Origin: Clostridia bacterium
Lineage (GTDB): Bacteria > Bacillota > Clostridia > Oscillospirales > CAG-272
NCBI GenBank assembly: GCA_017539425.1
Contig: JAFYHA010000020.1
Span: 1-52,197 of the forward strand
Length of the DNA: 52,197 nucleotides
Reading direction: 5' to 3'
The notes below the pieces were generated by a model. The model had not been told where the DNA came from. It saw only the letters and a list, made by a program, of their open reading frames with translations, and ran no database searches. The translations under genes and the position numbers were made by a program. Each line of letters begins with the position of its first letter. Within the stretch, counting starts at the first letter, position 1. Below, one piece after another: positions 9,313 through 19,327 of this stretch.

Positions 9313-10752
9313 TTACTTCACCTGGAACGTGGTGCCGTCCTTGCTGTCGATCAGGAGAATGCCCCGAGCGGCCAGTTCGTTGCGGATCGCGTCGGCCCTC
9401 GCATAATCTTTCGCTTTTTTTGCATCAGCGCGCTCCTGGATCTTGGCACGGATCTCTTCGGCCAGTTCCGGACTGACCCCTGTGCCGGATGAAGCGGACT
9501 CCGCGGAGGCTGCGGCCTTGCGGGATGCCGCTTCCATCAGGTTCAGGCAGAGCACGCTGTCCATATCCTCAAGGGCTTTGCGCTTGGTGGATGCGTTCGT
9601 GTCGGCTTTGAGCACATCATACAGGGCGGTCAGGGCCAGAGAGGTGTTGAGGTCGTTGTCCAGAGCGTCGGTGAATTCTTTCCGGAAGGCGGTCAGGGCC
9701 TCTTCGTCAACGGATTCGTCCGGAGCGGAAGACAGGGCCGCGATCCGTCCGATCAGTTTGTCGTAGGTGACGGCCGCGTTGTCCAGATTCTCCCAGGAGA
9801 AGACCAGGTTCTTGCGGTAATGGGACTGCAGGCAGAACAACCGGTAAGCCATCGGGTCATAACCTTTTTGCTTAAGCAGATCTACGGTCAGGAATTCACC
9901 CTTGGACTTGCTCATCTTTCCGGAGGCCGTATTCAGGTGAAGCACGTGCATCCAGTAGTTGCACCACTTGTGGCCCAGATAGGCCTCGCACTGCGCGATT
10001 TCGTTGGTGTGGTGCGGGAAAGCGTTGTCAATGCCCCCGCAATGGATGTCCAGACGTTCGCCAAGATGTTTCATGCTGATGCACGAGCATTCGATGTGCC
10101 ATCCGGGATAACCCAGGCCCCAGGGAGACTCCCATTTGAGCTCCTGGTCCTCAAACTTGGATTTGGTGAACCAGAGCACGAAGTCGGCTTTGTTCCTCTT
10201 GTTTCCGTCGGCTTCCACGCCTTCGCGGACACCTACCGCAAGATCTTCTTCGGTGAATCCGTGGAAAACATAGTACTGTTCCAGCTTGGACGTGTCGAAA
10301 TAGATGTTTCCCCCGGCCTCATAGGCAAAGCCTTTGTCCAGAAGGACCTGGATGGTCGCAATGAAATCCGAGATGCAATGGGTCGCGGGTTCAATCACGT
10401 CCGGCTTGCGGATGTTGAGAGCGCGGCAGTCGTTGAAGAATGCGTTCGTGTAGAATGCGGCGATCTCCATGACGGTTTTGTGCTCCCGGCGCGCGCCCTT
10501 GAGCATCTTGTCCTCTCCGGTGTCGGCATCCGAGGTCAGGTGCCCGACGTCCGTGATATTCATTACGCGTTTCACGGCATATCCGCTGTAGCGCAGATAG
10601 CGGTCCAGGATGTCCTCCATGATATAGGTGCGCAAATTTCCGATATGGGCATAATGATACACCGTAGGCCCGCAGGTGTACATACTGACTTTGCCGGGCT
10701 CGACGGGAACAAACTCTTCTTTTTGGTGGGATAGGGAATTGTAAAGTAGCAT
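9313..10752 (-). CDS. cysS: Cysteinyl-tRNA synthetase
   Basis: YTCGPTVY..AHIGN, PGWHIECS, FPHH.NE and KMSKS motifs. Confidence 0.97.
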   Translation of the reverse strand: MLLYNSLSHQKEEFVPVEPGKVSMYTCGPTVYHYAHIGNLRTYIMEDILDRYLRYSGYAVKRVMNITDVGHLTSDADTGEDKMLKGARREHKTVMEIAAFYTNAFFNDCRALNIRKPDVIEPATHCISDFIATIQVLLDKGFAYEAGGNIYFDTSKLEQYYVFHGFTEEDLAVGVREGVEADGNKRNKADFVLWFTKSKFEDQELKWESPWGLGYPGWHIECSCISMKHLGERLDIHCGGIDNAFPHHTNEIAQCEAYLGHKWCNYWMHVLHLNTASGKMSKSKGEFLTVDLLKQKGYDPMAYRLFCLQSHYRKNLVFSWENLDNAAVTYDKLIGRIAALSSAPDESVDEEALTAFRKEFTDALDNDLNTSLALTALYDVLKADTNASTKRKALEDMDSVLCLNLMEAASRKAAASAESASSGTGVSPELAEEIRAKIQERADAKKAKDYARADAIRNELAARGILLIDSKDGTTFQVK

Positions 10753-10777
10753 GATTTACTCCGTGCGGACGTCCGTC

Positions 10778-11365
10778 TCAGCGAGAGGCGTCCTGATGAT
10801 GGGGATTCTTTTTGCGGACTGCGTATCCGCGTCCGCCGACACGCCGGCCGAGCTCATAGTAGGAGCCGTGCGCATAGCCCAGCAGATGGGCTTTTTCCAG
10901 ATGCAGCTTTCCTGCTGCGTCGATGAGAGCGGGATCCACGTCCACCGCTTCGATTCTGGCCATAAATACCGTATGCGAGCCGAGATCTACCGTGTTGACG
11001 ACGCGGCACTCCAGGGAAAGCGGGCAGTCATCCAGGACCGGACAGTCTATGGTTGAGGCGGGAACCGGATGCAGACCGCAGCGTTCGATCTTGTTGACTT
11101 TCCGCCCGGTACAGACTCCGCAGATGTCTACGGCTCTCGCCAGACGGGAGGAGGGAAAATTGATGGTAAACACTCCGGTTTCCTGCAGAAGGGAAAAGGA
11201 GTATCGGGTTTCCCTGACAGAAATGTATGTCATCGGTGGCTCTGAGTTCAGGATCCCTGTCCAGGCCACGGTGAGGACGTTTGGCTTTTCGTTTGACCCG
11301 CAAACGACAAGAGCGGGCGGGATCGGAGCGGACAGCGCAGCCGCCGGCCAGACGGTTTTCGGCAT
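10778..11365 (-). CDS. Flavin reductase family protein (flavoredoxin/DIM6-NTAB-like)
   Basis: PN..TVAWTG, ISVR..RYS, SLECRV...DLGSHT.F motifs; start moved to ATG 11365 after RBS AAAGGA. Confidence 0.85.
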   Translation of the reverse strand: MPKTVWPAAALSAPIPPALVVCGSNEKPNVLTVAWTGILNSEPPMTYISVRETRYSFSLLQETGVFTINFPSSRLARAVDICGVCTGRKVNKIERCGLHPVPASTIDCPVLDDCPLSLECRVVNTVDLGSHTVFMARIEAVDVDPALIDAAGKLHLEKAHLLGYAHGSYYELGRRVGGRGYAVRKKNPHHQDASR

Positions 11366-11411
11366 TAGATAGGTCCTTTCGTGCAATGAGAAAAAACGAG
11401 ATAAGGGGTAC

Positions 11412-11440
11412 TTGACTTTTAAGTGGTCTTGTGTTATTAT
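11412..11440 (+). promoter_or_regulatory. Sigma-A promoter of tRNA-Ser(GCT)
   Basis: TTGACT-17 nt-TATTAT with TG extension. Confidence 0.7.
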
Positions 11441-11474
11441 GACGTTTGCGAGGTATGCAATGGCCCCTCGCCAC

Positions 11475-11562
11475 GGAGAAGTACTCAAGAGGCCAAAGAG
11501 GCGCCCCTGCTAAGGGTGTAGGCTGGGAAACCGGTGCGAGAGTTCGAATCTCTCCTTCTCCG
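11475..11562 (+). tRNA. tRNA-Ser(GCT), CCA not encoded
   Basis: Acceptor GGAGAAG/CTTCTCC, anticodon arm CGCCC-CTGCTAA-GGGTG, long variable arm, TTCGAAT T-loop, discriminator G. Confidence 0.95.
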
Positions 11563-11565
11563 TTC

Positions 11566-11590
11566 AAATCCTGCGCAAGCAGGATTTTTT
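11566..11590 (+). terminator. Intrinsic terminator after tRNA-Ser(GCT)
   Basis: AAATCCTGC-GCAA-GCAGGATTT followed by a T-tract. Confidence 0.8.
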
Positions 11591-11762
11591 GTTTTTGGAG
11601 GGTATGCGTGCGGTGAAAAAAGGCTCAACGCCGGTTCGCTCCTGGAGCGGAGCTTGTGCACAATCCTAATTATTATACAGCATTTTGTGGATGCGCGCAA
11701 GTGCCCGTGCGTGAAAAGGCCGAAAGCCCCTGAGACCCGACCCGGAGAAAACGTGGCCGGTC

Positions 11763-11791
11763 TTGACAGAAACGGGGTTTCGTGCTATCAT
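11763..11791 (+). promoter_or_regulatory. Sigma-A promoter of tRNA-Ser(TGA)
   Basis: TTGACA-17 nt-TATCAT with TG extension. Confidence 0.75.
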
Positions 11792-11822
11792 TTCCGCAGG
11801 CAGAGGCGCTGCCGCAGTATAC

Positions 11823-11910
11823 GGAGAGATATCGAAGCGGTCATAACGAGGCGGTCTTGAAAACCGTTTGGGTTCTGCCCACGTGGGTTCGAATCCCACT
11901 CTCTCCGCCA
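11823..11910 (+). tRNA. tRNA-Ser(TGA)
   Basis: Acceptor GGAGAGA/TCTCTCC, anticodon arm GCGGT-CTTGAAA-ACCGT, variable arm, GTGGG-TTCGAAT-CCCAC, ends GCCA. Confidence 0.95.
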
Positions 11911-12013
11911 TTATTTTTGACCGGGGCGTCTGGCTTTGCGTACGGCAAGGCCGGACGCTCTGTCTGTTTCCGGAGCCGTTGCAAAACCTGGAAGGAGGGG
12001 CGAATTCAACCGT

Positions 12014-13930
12014 ATGGGTGTAGCTTTTCATATCTCTGCATTTCTAATCAGCGTTTCCTGCTTGGTGTTCACATTCATACAGAACCGGTATGACAAACCG
12101 CAGAAAAAGATCTACATGGTCATGGTCGCTATCCTGGCCCTGAACACGGTCTCCGAGGCGGCCGTTGAATTTGCAGTGCCGTTTCAAGCCGAAAGTGTAA
12201 TTGCGCAGAACCTGATCCTGGTCAGCAAGTATTTCTACTTTGTCCTTCATGCCGCCGTTCTTCCGCTCCTGGTCTATTATGTGCTCCGGATTACGGGACG
12301 GAGCCACCGCTTTACATTGCTGAAGCATGCGCTCTTTCTGATTCCGGTCGCGGTCGTGGACGTGCTGATGCTCACCAATCCGCTCCACCACTGGTGCTAT
12401 TACTATGAACCCGTGACGTTCGCCTATCATCGCGGATGGGGTGTGACAGCGCTTTATGTGATTTCGGTTTTCTACATCGCGTTCTTTATCGGAACACTGT
12501 TTTCATCCTGGAAAGCGATCACGCAGAAGCGAAGACTGGCGATGTCCTATTTCCTGGTTATGGTGATCGCGGGCATTCTCGTGCAGATGGTTCTGATCAC
12601 CGCACGCGTGGAACTTCTGGCCGAGGCCGTGGCGTTTCTCGGAGTGCTGCTGACCGTGGAGGATGAGGGTGATCTGATCGATTCGGATGCCGGCATTTAC
12701 AACCGGAAAGCTATGCGGATCGACCTGGGAAACCTGATCGCAAACAAGCAATCGTTCAAGATCCTCTGCGTAAAAGTGGAAAATGCAGGAGTCATCCGGA
12801 GAGCAACCGGCTCGAATAACACGGATATCCTGGCCTCTATGCTGTATCGAGAGCTGGTTTCCATTGTGCCCAGATATCTCATTTACCGGACGGCGCCTGA
12901 CACATTCGCGCTGATTCTGGTCGGAAAGCACAGGGCATCTGCGGAAGAGGCCGTACACAAACTGGAAGAGAGGTTCAAAAAAGGATGGTCCTGCAACCAT
13001 ACTGAAGTGATCCTGTCCGCGACCATTATGCTGGCCACTGTGCCGGAAGACATCATGACGGTCGAGGACGCGTTCAACATGACCGACGGAATGCTCCCCC
13101 TCAACCACAAGAAGTTGCTGATCGGGAAAGAGGATCTGAGTTATCTGATCCGCCGCAGGATGCTGGAACGGGCCATCCAGCAGGGGCTGACGCAGGGCAG
13201 ATTCGAGGTGTATTATCAGCCCACGTTCGATGCGGACGGGCTCCGGCTCGTGGGAGCGGAGGCACTTGCGCGTCTGAACGATCCGCAGCTCGGGCAGCTG
13301 ATGCCGGATGAATTCATTCCGCTTGCCGAACAGATCGGCTTGATCGGAGATCTGGACGATTATGTGCTTTACGCAGCCTGCGAGTTTGTGACCAGCGGAG
13401 TCCCCGCGCGGATCGGGATTCAGAGCATCAATGTCAACCTGTCCGTGGTGCAGTGCATCAAACCGGGGTTTGTAGAACATATCATCTCGATCGTGGACGA
13501 GGCCGGCGTGGATCATGCCCGTATCAATTTTGAGATTACGGAGTCCGTGGACGCAAACGATTATGCGGCTATGGGTGCGGTGATCAACGGATTCAGGCAG
13601 AACGGCTTCCGGGTTTATATGGATGATTACGGAACGGGCTTTTCCAACCTGCGCTCCCTGTTCTCCATGGACTTCAATGTGATCAAGATCGACAAATCCC
13701 TGCTTTGGGGTGCACAGGAGAGTGATCTCGGGAGGGTGATCCTGGAGAACAACGTGCGCATGCTGAAGCAGATGGATGTAAAAATACTGGTTGAGGGTGT
13801 GGAAACCCAGGAACAGATCGCGCTGCTGAAAGAACTCGGAGTAGACTATCTGCAGGGATTCTATTTCTCAAAGCCTGTGCCGGAGAATGAACTGATCAGC
13901 CAATACAAATATCTGGATGTGCCCGCTTAG
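12014..13930 (+). CDS. Membrane sensor (about 7 TM) with degenerate GGDEF and intact EAL domains; c-di-GMP phosphodiesterase
   Basis: Hydrophobic N-terminal third; D..AGIYNR linker; GGDEF position reads APDTF; YYQP, EALAR, INVNLS, FEITE, DDYGTGFS, IKIDKS, VEGVET, QGFYFSKP. Confidence 0.9.
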   Translation: MGVAFHISAFLISVSCLVFTFIQNRYDKPQKKIYMVMVAILALNTVSEAAVEFAVPFQAESVIAQNLILVSKYFYFVLHAAVLPLLVYYVLRITGRSHRFTLLKHALFLIPVAVVDVLMLTNPLHHWCYYYEPVTFAYHRGWGVTALYVISVFYIAFFIGTLFSSWKAITQKRRLAMSYFLVMVIAGILVQMVLITARVELLAEAVAFLGVLLTVEDEGDLIDSDAGIYNRKAMRIDLGNLIANKQSFKILCVKVENAGVIRRATGSNNTDILASMLYRELVSIVPRYLIYRTAPDTFALILVGKHRASAEEAVHKLEERFKKGWSCNHTEVILSATIMLATVPEDIMTVEDAFNMTDGMLPLNHKKLLIGKEDLSYLIRRRMLERAIQQGLTQGRFEVYYQPTFDADGLRLVGAEALARLNDPQLGQLMPDEFIPLAEQIGLIGDLDDYVLYAACEFVTSGVPARIGIQSINVNLSVVQCIKPGFVEHIISIVDEAGVDHARINFEITESVDANDYAAMGAVINGFRQNGFRVYMDDYGTGFSNLRSLFSMDFNVIKIDKSLLWGAQESDLGRVILENNVRMLKQMDVKILVEGVETQEQIALLKELGVDYLQGFYFSKPVPENELISQYKYLDVPA

Positions 13931-13957
13931 AAGCAGACATAGCGGCGCAAAAGCAAT

Positions 13958-14018
13958 ACGCAAAAAGCCGGTGTTTCCGTGCGGCATAGGCCGCGACGGA
14001 GACGCCGGTCTTCTGCGT
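13958..14018. terminator. Long imperfect hairpin between convergent EAL and GH31 genes
   Basis: ACGCA..GCCGGTGTTTCCGT GCGGC-ATAG-GCCGC ACGGAGACGCCGGT..TGCGT. Confidence 0.6.
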
Positions 14019-14027
14019 TGTATGGGG

Positions 14028-15992
14028 TCAACCGCGCCGAAATACCGGGATGACGTCCAGAGGAGCGGGGACCGTGATGGTTGAACCGCCAGCATAGGAC
14101 CGCCCGGTCTCCAGATCCGTCCATGTGCCTTTTGGCAGATAGACCCGCCGTTCTCTTGCACCGGCTTCCAGAACCGGGCAGACCAGCAGATCCGGGCCGA
14201 ACAGATACTCGTCGCGAAGATTTGTGCAGAGGGGGTCATCCGGGAATACGTACCACAAGGGACGCATCGGAGGAACACCGGTCCTGTGTGCCTCGTCAAA
14301 TACACTGCGCAGATACGGGCGCATAGCCTGCCTGCGATCCAGGTACTTCCTGAAAATGCCGTAGGCTTCGTCTCCATAACTCCAAATCTCGTTGTCCGCG
14401 CCGGAGCCCATACAGACCTTGCCGCTGACCGGATGACGGATTTCGTGATGCGGATTCCGGTCCCCGTGAAGACGCATGACGGGGCAGTAGGCGCCCCACT
14501 CAAACCAGCGGATCAGCAGCTCCACAAAGGCCGGATCCCGGACATCACCGCCCGAGAAGCCTCCGATGTCCGAATTCCACCAGGGAATTCCGGCAACGCC
14601 CATAGACAGACCTGCGCAAACCTGAATGCGGAAAGACTCCCATGTGGAGGATATGTCACCGCTCCAGGCCAGGGCGCCGTACCGGGCGCTTCCCGCCCAG
14701 GCGCAGCGGATGAGGCTGATGGGCTTTTCCACGCCCTCGGAACGGAGACCTTCATAGAAGTTGCGGGCATAGGCCTGCGGATACAGGTTGCCGACCTGAA
14801 GTCCGGGGCCTTCGCGATAGGTCCAGCGGGACCAGTCGCATACGGAGTATTCCGGTTCCGCCACGTCCAGCCAGTAATCACGAATGCCGAGAGTATAATA
14901 ATTGTCCCGGATCCGGTTCCAGACGAAGTCGCGCGCCTCCGGATTGGTCGTATCATAGAACAGGGTTTTCTGATCGGCGAAGAACATCGAATACAGGCCG
15001 TCGGAGTCCGGACGGATGAGCATACCGCGTTTCTGCATGGTTTTGTAGTTTTCGCTTTCAGTGGATACGGTGGGCCAGACGCTTACGACCAGACGGATCC
15101 CCATCTCGGACAATTGTTCCACCATCCCTTTCGGATCCGGGAAAAAGGCCGGATCGAACCGAAAATCGCCCATTTCGGTCCAGTGGAAGAAATCGCACAC
15201 GATCACGTCGGGCTTGATTCCGCGGGCCGCGTATTCGGATGCGACGCGGAGAATCTCGTCCTGGGAGGAGTAGCGCAGTTTGCACTGCCAGAACCCGAGC
15301 CCGTGCTCGGGCATGGGCGGAGCGTGTCCTACAGCGTCGGCATACTGAGAGCTGATCTGCTGCGGAGTATCGCCAACAGTCAGCCAGTAGTCAATCTGGA
15401 GGGAAGACTCGGATTCCCAGAGAATCTCGTTTGTTCCGAACGTGACGCGGCCAATGGACGGGTTGTGCCACAAAAAACCGTACCCTTTGCTACTGATATA
15501 AAAGGGAACCGAACTCTGCGTGTTACGTTGAGACAGATCAAGGGTACACCCCTTAAGATCCAGTATATCCATCTGATACTGGCCCATTCCGTAAAAATGT
15601 TCCGTTTCGCACCCGGCAAAGGCGACATTGAGTTTGAAGGACCCGTCCGGAAGAGGACGGTATTCGCGTGCCCGGTGCCTTTGAGGACCCGGCGCGCTCC
15701 ATTCGTCAAGAAGGATTCGTCCCGAACGGTCTTCAAAGCGAAGATGCACGCCGCCCTCGTGCTGCCGGGCACGGCAGACCAGGTCTCCCACGGACAGGGA
15801 AGCTTCCCCGTCGTCGATGTGGAGAGCGGGGGCCTGTGGACCGGGACTCAGCAGGGCATAGTCGGTATCAACAGGCATATGGCCCCGGGCAATGCGTACG
15901 CGTACGCTGTTGGTTCCCCAGGGTGTGAGCAGCAGATGTTCGTCGCCGGCTATGCAAAGCAAGCCGTTCTCTAAGTGTCTGAATTCCGCCAT
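14028..15992 (-). CDS. Glycoside hydrolase family 31 (alpha-xylosidase/glucosidase-like)
   Basis: GFWQCKLRY, WLDVAEPE (nucleophile), WSGDI, WNSDIGGF, PPMRPL, YLFGPDLLV; start moved to ATG 15992 after GGAAAGGA. Confidence 0.93.
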   Translation of the reverse strand: MAEFRHLENGLLCIAGDEHLLLTPWGTNSVRVRIARGHMPVDTDYALLSPGPQAPALHIDDGEASLSVGDLVCRARQHEGGVHLRFEDRSGRILLDEWSAPGPQRHRAREYRPLPDGSFKLNVAFAGCETEHFYGMGQYQMDILDLKGCTLDLSQRNTQSSVPFYISSKGYGFLWHNPSIGRVTFGTNEILWESESSLQIDYWLTVGDTPQQISSQYADAVGHAPPMPEHGLGFWQCKLRYSSQDEILRVASEYAARGIKPDVIVCDFFHWTEMGDFRFDPAFFPDPKGMVEQLSEMGIRLVVSVWPTVSTESENYKTMQKRGMLIRPDSDGLYSMFFADQKTLFYDTTNPEARDFVWNRIRDNYYTLGIRDYWLDVAEPEYSVCDWSRWTYREGPGLQVGNLYPQAYARNFYEGLRSEGVEKPISLIRCAWAGSARYGALAWSGDISSTWESFRIQVCAGLSMGVAGIPWWNSDIGGFSGGDVRDPAFVELLIRWFEWGAYCPVMRLHGDRNPHHEIRHPVSGKVCMGSGADNEIWSYGDEAYGIFRKYLDRRQAMRPYLRSVFDEAHRTGVPPMRPLWYVFPDDPLCTNLRDEYLFGPDLLVCPVLEAGARERRVYLPKGTWTDLETGRSYAGGSTITVPAPLDVIPVFRRG

Positions 15993-16083
15993 AACAGTTC
16001 CTTTCCAAGCAGAAGTTCTTACCTTCAGTATAGCAGTGTGCGCATGAAAATGCAACCAGGGGTTCGTACGGGTGCCGGACAAC

Positions 16084-16112
16084 TTGACACCTTTGCAGGA
16101 TGTGGTTATAAT
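16084..16112 (+). promoter_or_regulatory. Consensus sigma-A promoter
   Basis: TTGACA-17 nt-TATAAT. Confidence 0.8.
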
Positions 16113-16151
16113 TGTTTTGTTCCTATATATAAATAGGAGGACAATTGAACT

Positions 16152-16760
16152 ATGATTACAAACAAGTATGCACAGGATTACAGGCTTGAAAACCGTGTCA
16201 ACGCCAAGGGCAAGACCGTGACCAAGGCCGTATATGTCGGAAAATACTATACCTTTGACCGGACACCGGAAAAAATGCGCGCAGAAAAGCGGATTCTTCT
16301 GATAGCAGCCGTATGCGCCTTGGCGATGCTTGCCCTCGGAGCCGGTGTATATAACAACCAGGGCTTTTCTTCCCAGTACTATACGCTCGTTCCGTTTCTG
16401 GTCTGCGCATTCCCGCTGCTCTATCTGGGAATGGCCTTGTATTCCGTCTTTACGTTTAAGGGCAAATGCACCCGGGAGCAAAAGGACCACATCTCGGAGC
16501 GGATTCCGAAATGCGGATTTGCGGGGATGGTCTTTTCGGGTGCTGGCGTAATCGGCATACTGATTTCAACCGGACTCAAGATCGCCGGAGTGGAAGAACG
16601 GCCGGTCCACGCAAACGATATCATCTTCATGACAGCAGCGGTGCTTATGTTCCTGGCATTTCTTGTGGTGTTCCTGCGCAGAAAAGCCTTTTTGATGAAG
16701 GAAACCGGCAAACCGGACGTGCCTGCGGAACCGGCTGAGGGCGACCCGCAATCCCCCTAA
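16152..16760 (+). CDS. Hypothetical 4-TM membrane protein
   Basis: RBS AGGAGG, consensus promoter, four hydrophobic segments. Confidence 0.75.
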   Translation: MITNKYAQDYRLENRVNAKGKTVTKAVYVGKYYTFDRTPEKMRAEKRILLIAAVCALAMLALGAGVYNNQGFSSQYYTLVPFLVCAFPLLYLGMALYSVFTFKGKCTREQKDHISERIPKCGFAGMVFSGAGVIGILISTGLKIAGVEERPVHANDIIFMTAAVLMFLAFLVVFLRRKAFLMKETGKPDVPAEPAEGDPQSP

Positions 16761-16818
16761 AATTGCCTGTGTGAGCACGCCGAATTGTGCGGGCGGAGTA
16801 TGAATATGAAAATTTTAC

Positions 16819-16847
16819 TTGACAAAAGCGCTCGTTTTGTGTAAAAT
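16819..16847 (+). promoter_or_regulatory. Sigma-A promoter of the opp-like operon
   Basis: TTGACA-17 nt-TAAAAT with TG extension. Confidence 0.75.
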
Positions 16848-16937
16848 ATCTCTTACTTAGCATTAGGGCATGGTATGTCTGTTCGAAATTAAATGACCTA
16901 GTAAAGCTAAACAAATCTATTTTGGAGGAAAAATGCA

Positions 16938-19238
16938 ATGAAAAAGGTTATCAGAATCTTAGCCTTTGTGATTGTGTTGGCGCTTACCGTTTCCGCTATC
17001 GCGGCTTGCGGATCCAAGCCCTCTGACAAACCTCAGGGTGAAGAGTATAAAGGCGCAGATACTCTGGTTGTAGGTTATGCGAACTTTTCTGGCAAGTTCA
17101 GCCCGTTCTTCGCAACTACCGCTTATGACCAGGATGTCGCCGGCATGACACAGCTCGGCCTGATTTCCACTGACCGTGAAGGCAACGTGGTGTATAAGGG
17201 CATCGAAGGCGAAAAGAGAACCTTCAACGGAACCGAGTATACCTACAAGGGTATTTCGGATGTGACTGAGACGATCAACAAAGACGGCACAGTCGATTAC
17301 AAGATCGTTCTGAAGCAGGGCGTTAAATTCAGCGATGGCAAAGAAATGACCGCTGACGACGTGCTCTTCTCCATCTATGTGGTCTGCGACCCGACTTATG
17401 ACGGCTCCACGTCCTTCAGCTCCCTGCCTGTAGAGGGCATGGACAAGTACCTGGCCGGTATGTCTCCTCGCGCCAAGGCTATCTTTGATGGCGGCAACGA
17501 AGGCTATACTGCCAATGATAACTACACAGAAGCTCAGTACACGGAGTTCTGGAACTACTACAACGACAAAGCCGGTGCGGATTTTGCACAGGAAATCGTT
17601 GACTACTGCAAGAGCAAAGGCTACAACGCAGCCACCGACTCCGTCGCGGCTTGCGCTAAGAACTGGGGCTTTGAGCTGGCCGATAACGCCACCACAAAGG
17701 ACTTCTGGGATGCCATCGTAGCCGCTTATCCGGATGCAGCTACCGCTGAAGTCAAAGAGTCTGCCGGTTCTTCTCGGTTTGATCTGACTATGGCTGCTCT
17801 CGGCGAGGCATATCAGGTAGGTGTTGTGACCGGTGAAACGGCTGCCAACATCTCCGGTATCAAGAAAGTGAATGACTATGAGATCTCCATCAAGATGACC
17901 GAGTTCTCCGCTACCGCTATCTACCAGATCGGCCTCACGGTCGCTCCGCTCCACTACTATGGCGACGCCTCCAAGTTCGACGTTTCCAAGAACCAGTTCG
18001 GTTTCACCAAGGGCGATCTGTCCGGTGTCAAGTCCAAGACTTCCAACCCGATGGGCGCTGGTGCTTACAAGTTCGTGAGCTACGCTAACGGTGTTGTGAC
18101 GTTCGAAAAGAACGACAACTACTTCCTCGGCGCTCCGAAGATCAAATACATCAAGTTCCAGGAAACTGGCGACGCGGACAAGGTTCCGGGCGTAACTTCC
18201 GGTCTGTTCGACGTGACCGATCCGTCCTTCAACACCACTGCTGTTGAAAACATCAAGAAGGCCAACTCCAATGGCGAGCTGACCGGCAATGTGGTTACCA
18301 CCAGCACGGTCGACAACCTCGGCTACGGCTATATCGGTGCAAATGCGACCACTGTTTGCGTGGGCGGCGAACCTTCCAGCGCAGCTTCCAAGAGCCTCCG
18401 CAAGGCATTCGCAACCCTGTTCGCTGTGAATAGAGACAAGAGCGTGTACTCTTACTACGGTGAGAGAGCCACTGTTATCCAGTATCCGATCTCCAACACC
18501 TCCTGGGCGGCTCCGAAGCCGAATGATGCAGGCTATGCTCTTGCATACTCCAAGGATGTGGATGGCAAGGACATCTACACTGCCAATATGACCGAAGCTG
18601 AGAAACAGGATGCCGCCCTTCAGGCTGCTATCGGTTTCTTCAAGGCTGCCGGCTACACCTGGGACGAGACCGCGAAGAAATTCACGGCTGCTCCCGATGG
18701 CGCCAAGATGGAATACGAAGTAATCGTCCCCGGTGACGGCAAAGGCGATCACCCCGCTTACGGTATTCTGACCGATACCAAGGCCCAGCTCGAGACGATC
18801 GGCATTACGCTGAACATCAATGACCCGGCTGACTCCAACATCCTGTGGGATGCTCTGGATGCCGGCACACAGAACTTCTGGACAGCCGCTTGGGGCGCTA
18901 CCGTTGACCCGGATATGTACCAGGTGTACTACAGCCAGAACGTTGTGGGTCTGGAAGGTTCCACCGGTTCCAACCACTACAGAATCCAGGATTCTCAGCT
19001 GGATAAGCTGATCATGGACGCCCGCGTCAGCGCAGACCATGACTATAGAAAGGCTACTTACAAACAGTGCCTGGATATCATCCTTGACTGGGGTGTTGAG
19101 ATCCCGACCTACCAGAGACAGAACGCCATCATCTTCAGCACGGAGAGAGTCAACATGAGTACGGTTACTCCTGACATCACCACTTACTGGGGCTGGATGA
19201 ATGACATCGAACTTCTGGAAATGAATCCTACCAAATAA
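16938..19238 (+). CDS. oppA: ABC transporter substrate-binding lipoprotein, family 5 (OppA/DppA-like)
   Basis: Lipobox IAAC; FSGKFSPFF, VKFSDGKEMTADDV, PMGAGAYKF; codon style of a highly expressed gene. Confidence 0.9.
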   Translation: MKKVIRILAFVIVLALTVSAIAACGSKPSDKPQGEEYKGADTLVVGYANFSGKFSPFFATTAYDQDVAGMTQLGLISTDREGNVVYKGIEGEKRTFNGTEYTYKGISDVTETINKDGTVDYKIVLKQGVKFSDGKEMTADDVLFSIYVVCDPTYDGSTSFSSLPVEGMDKYLAGMSPRAKAIFDGGNEGYTANDNYTEAQYTEFWNYYNDKAGADFAQEIVDYCKSKGYNAATDSVAACAKNWGFELADNATTKDFWDAIVAAYPDAATAEVKESAGSSRFDLTMAALGEAYQVGVVTGETAANISGIKKVNDYEISIKMTEFSATAIYQIGLTVAPLHYYGDASKFDVSKNQFGFTKGDLSGVKSKTSNPMGAGAYKFVSYANGVVTFEKNDNYFLGAPKIKYIKFQETGDADKVPGVTSGLFDVTDPSFNTTAVENIKKANSNGELTGNVVTTSTVDNLGYGYIGANATTVCVGGEPSSAASKSLRKAFATLFAVNRDKSVYSYYGERATVIQYPISNTSWAAPKPNDAGYALAYSKDVDGKDIYTANMTEAEKQDAALQAAIGFFKAAGYTWDETAKKFTAAPDGAKMEYEVIVPGDGKGDHPAYGILTDTKAQLETIGITLNINDPADSNILWDALDAGTQNFWTAAWGATVDPDMYQVYYSQNVVGLEGSTGSNHYRIQDSQLDKLIMDARVSADHDYRKATYKQCLDIILDWGVEIPTYQRQNAIIFSTERVNMSTVTPDITTYWGWMNDIELLEMNPTK

Positions 19239-19275
19239 AGAGTGCTAACTGAATTGTTTTAATACTCTTAAGGAC

Positions 19276-19303
19276 TCGGCAAGCACGTGTGCGTGCTTGC
19301 CGA
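19276..19303 (+). other. Intercistronic stem-loop after oppA (mRNA stabiliser or attenuator)
   Basis: TCGGCAAGCACG-TGTG-CGTGCTTGCCGA 12-bp perfect stem with no U-tract. Confidence 0.65.
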
Positions 19304-19327
19304 CGTCTTGATTTTAAGGAGTCCGTT

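Noticed and set aside
11475-11910. tRNA genes as an integration site for a genomic island or prophage
   Set aside because: No integrase, and no duplicated tRNA 3' end was noticed in the window
14286-15974. Long opposite-strand ORFs (also 16959-19040, 35873-37951, 41473-43464, 47599-49335)
   Set aside because: Antisense shadows of well-supported genes, expected at this GC content and codon bias; no motifs or RBS
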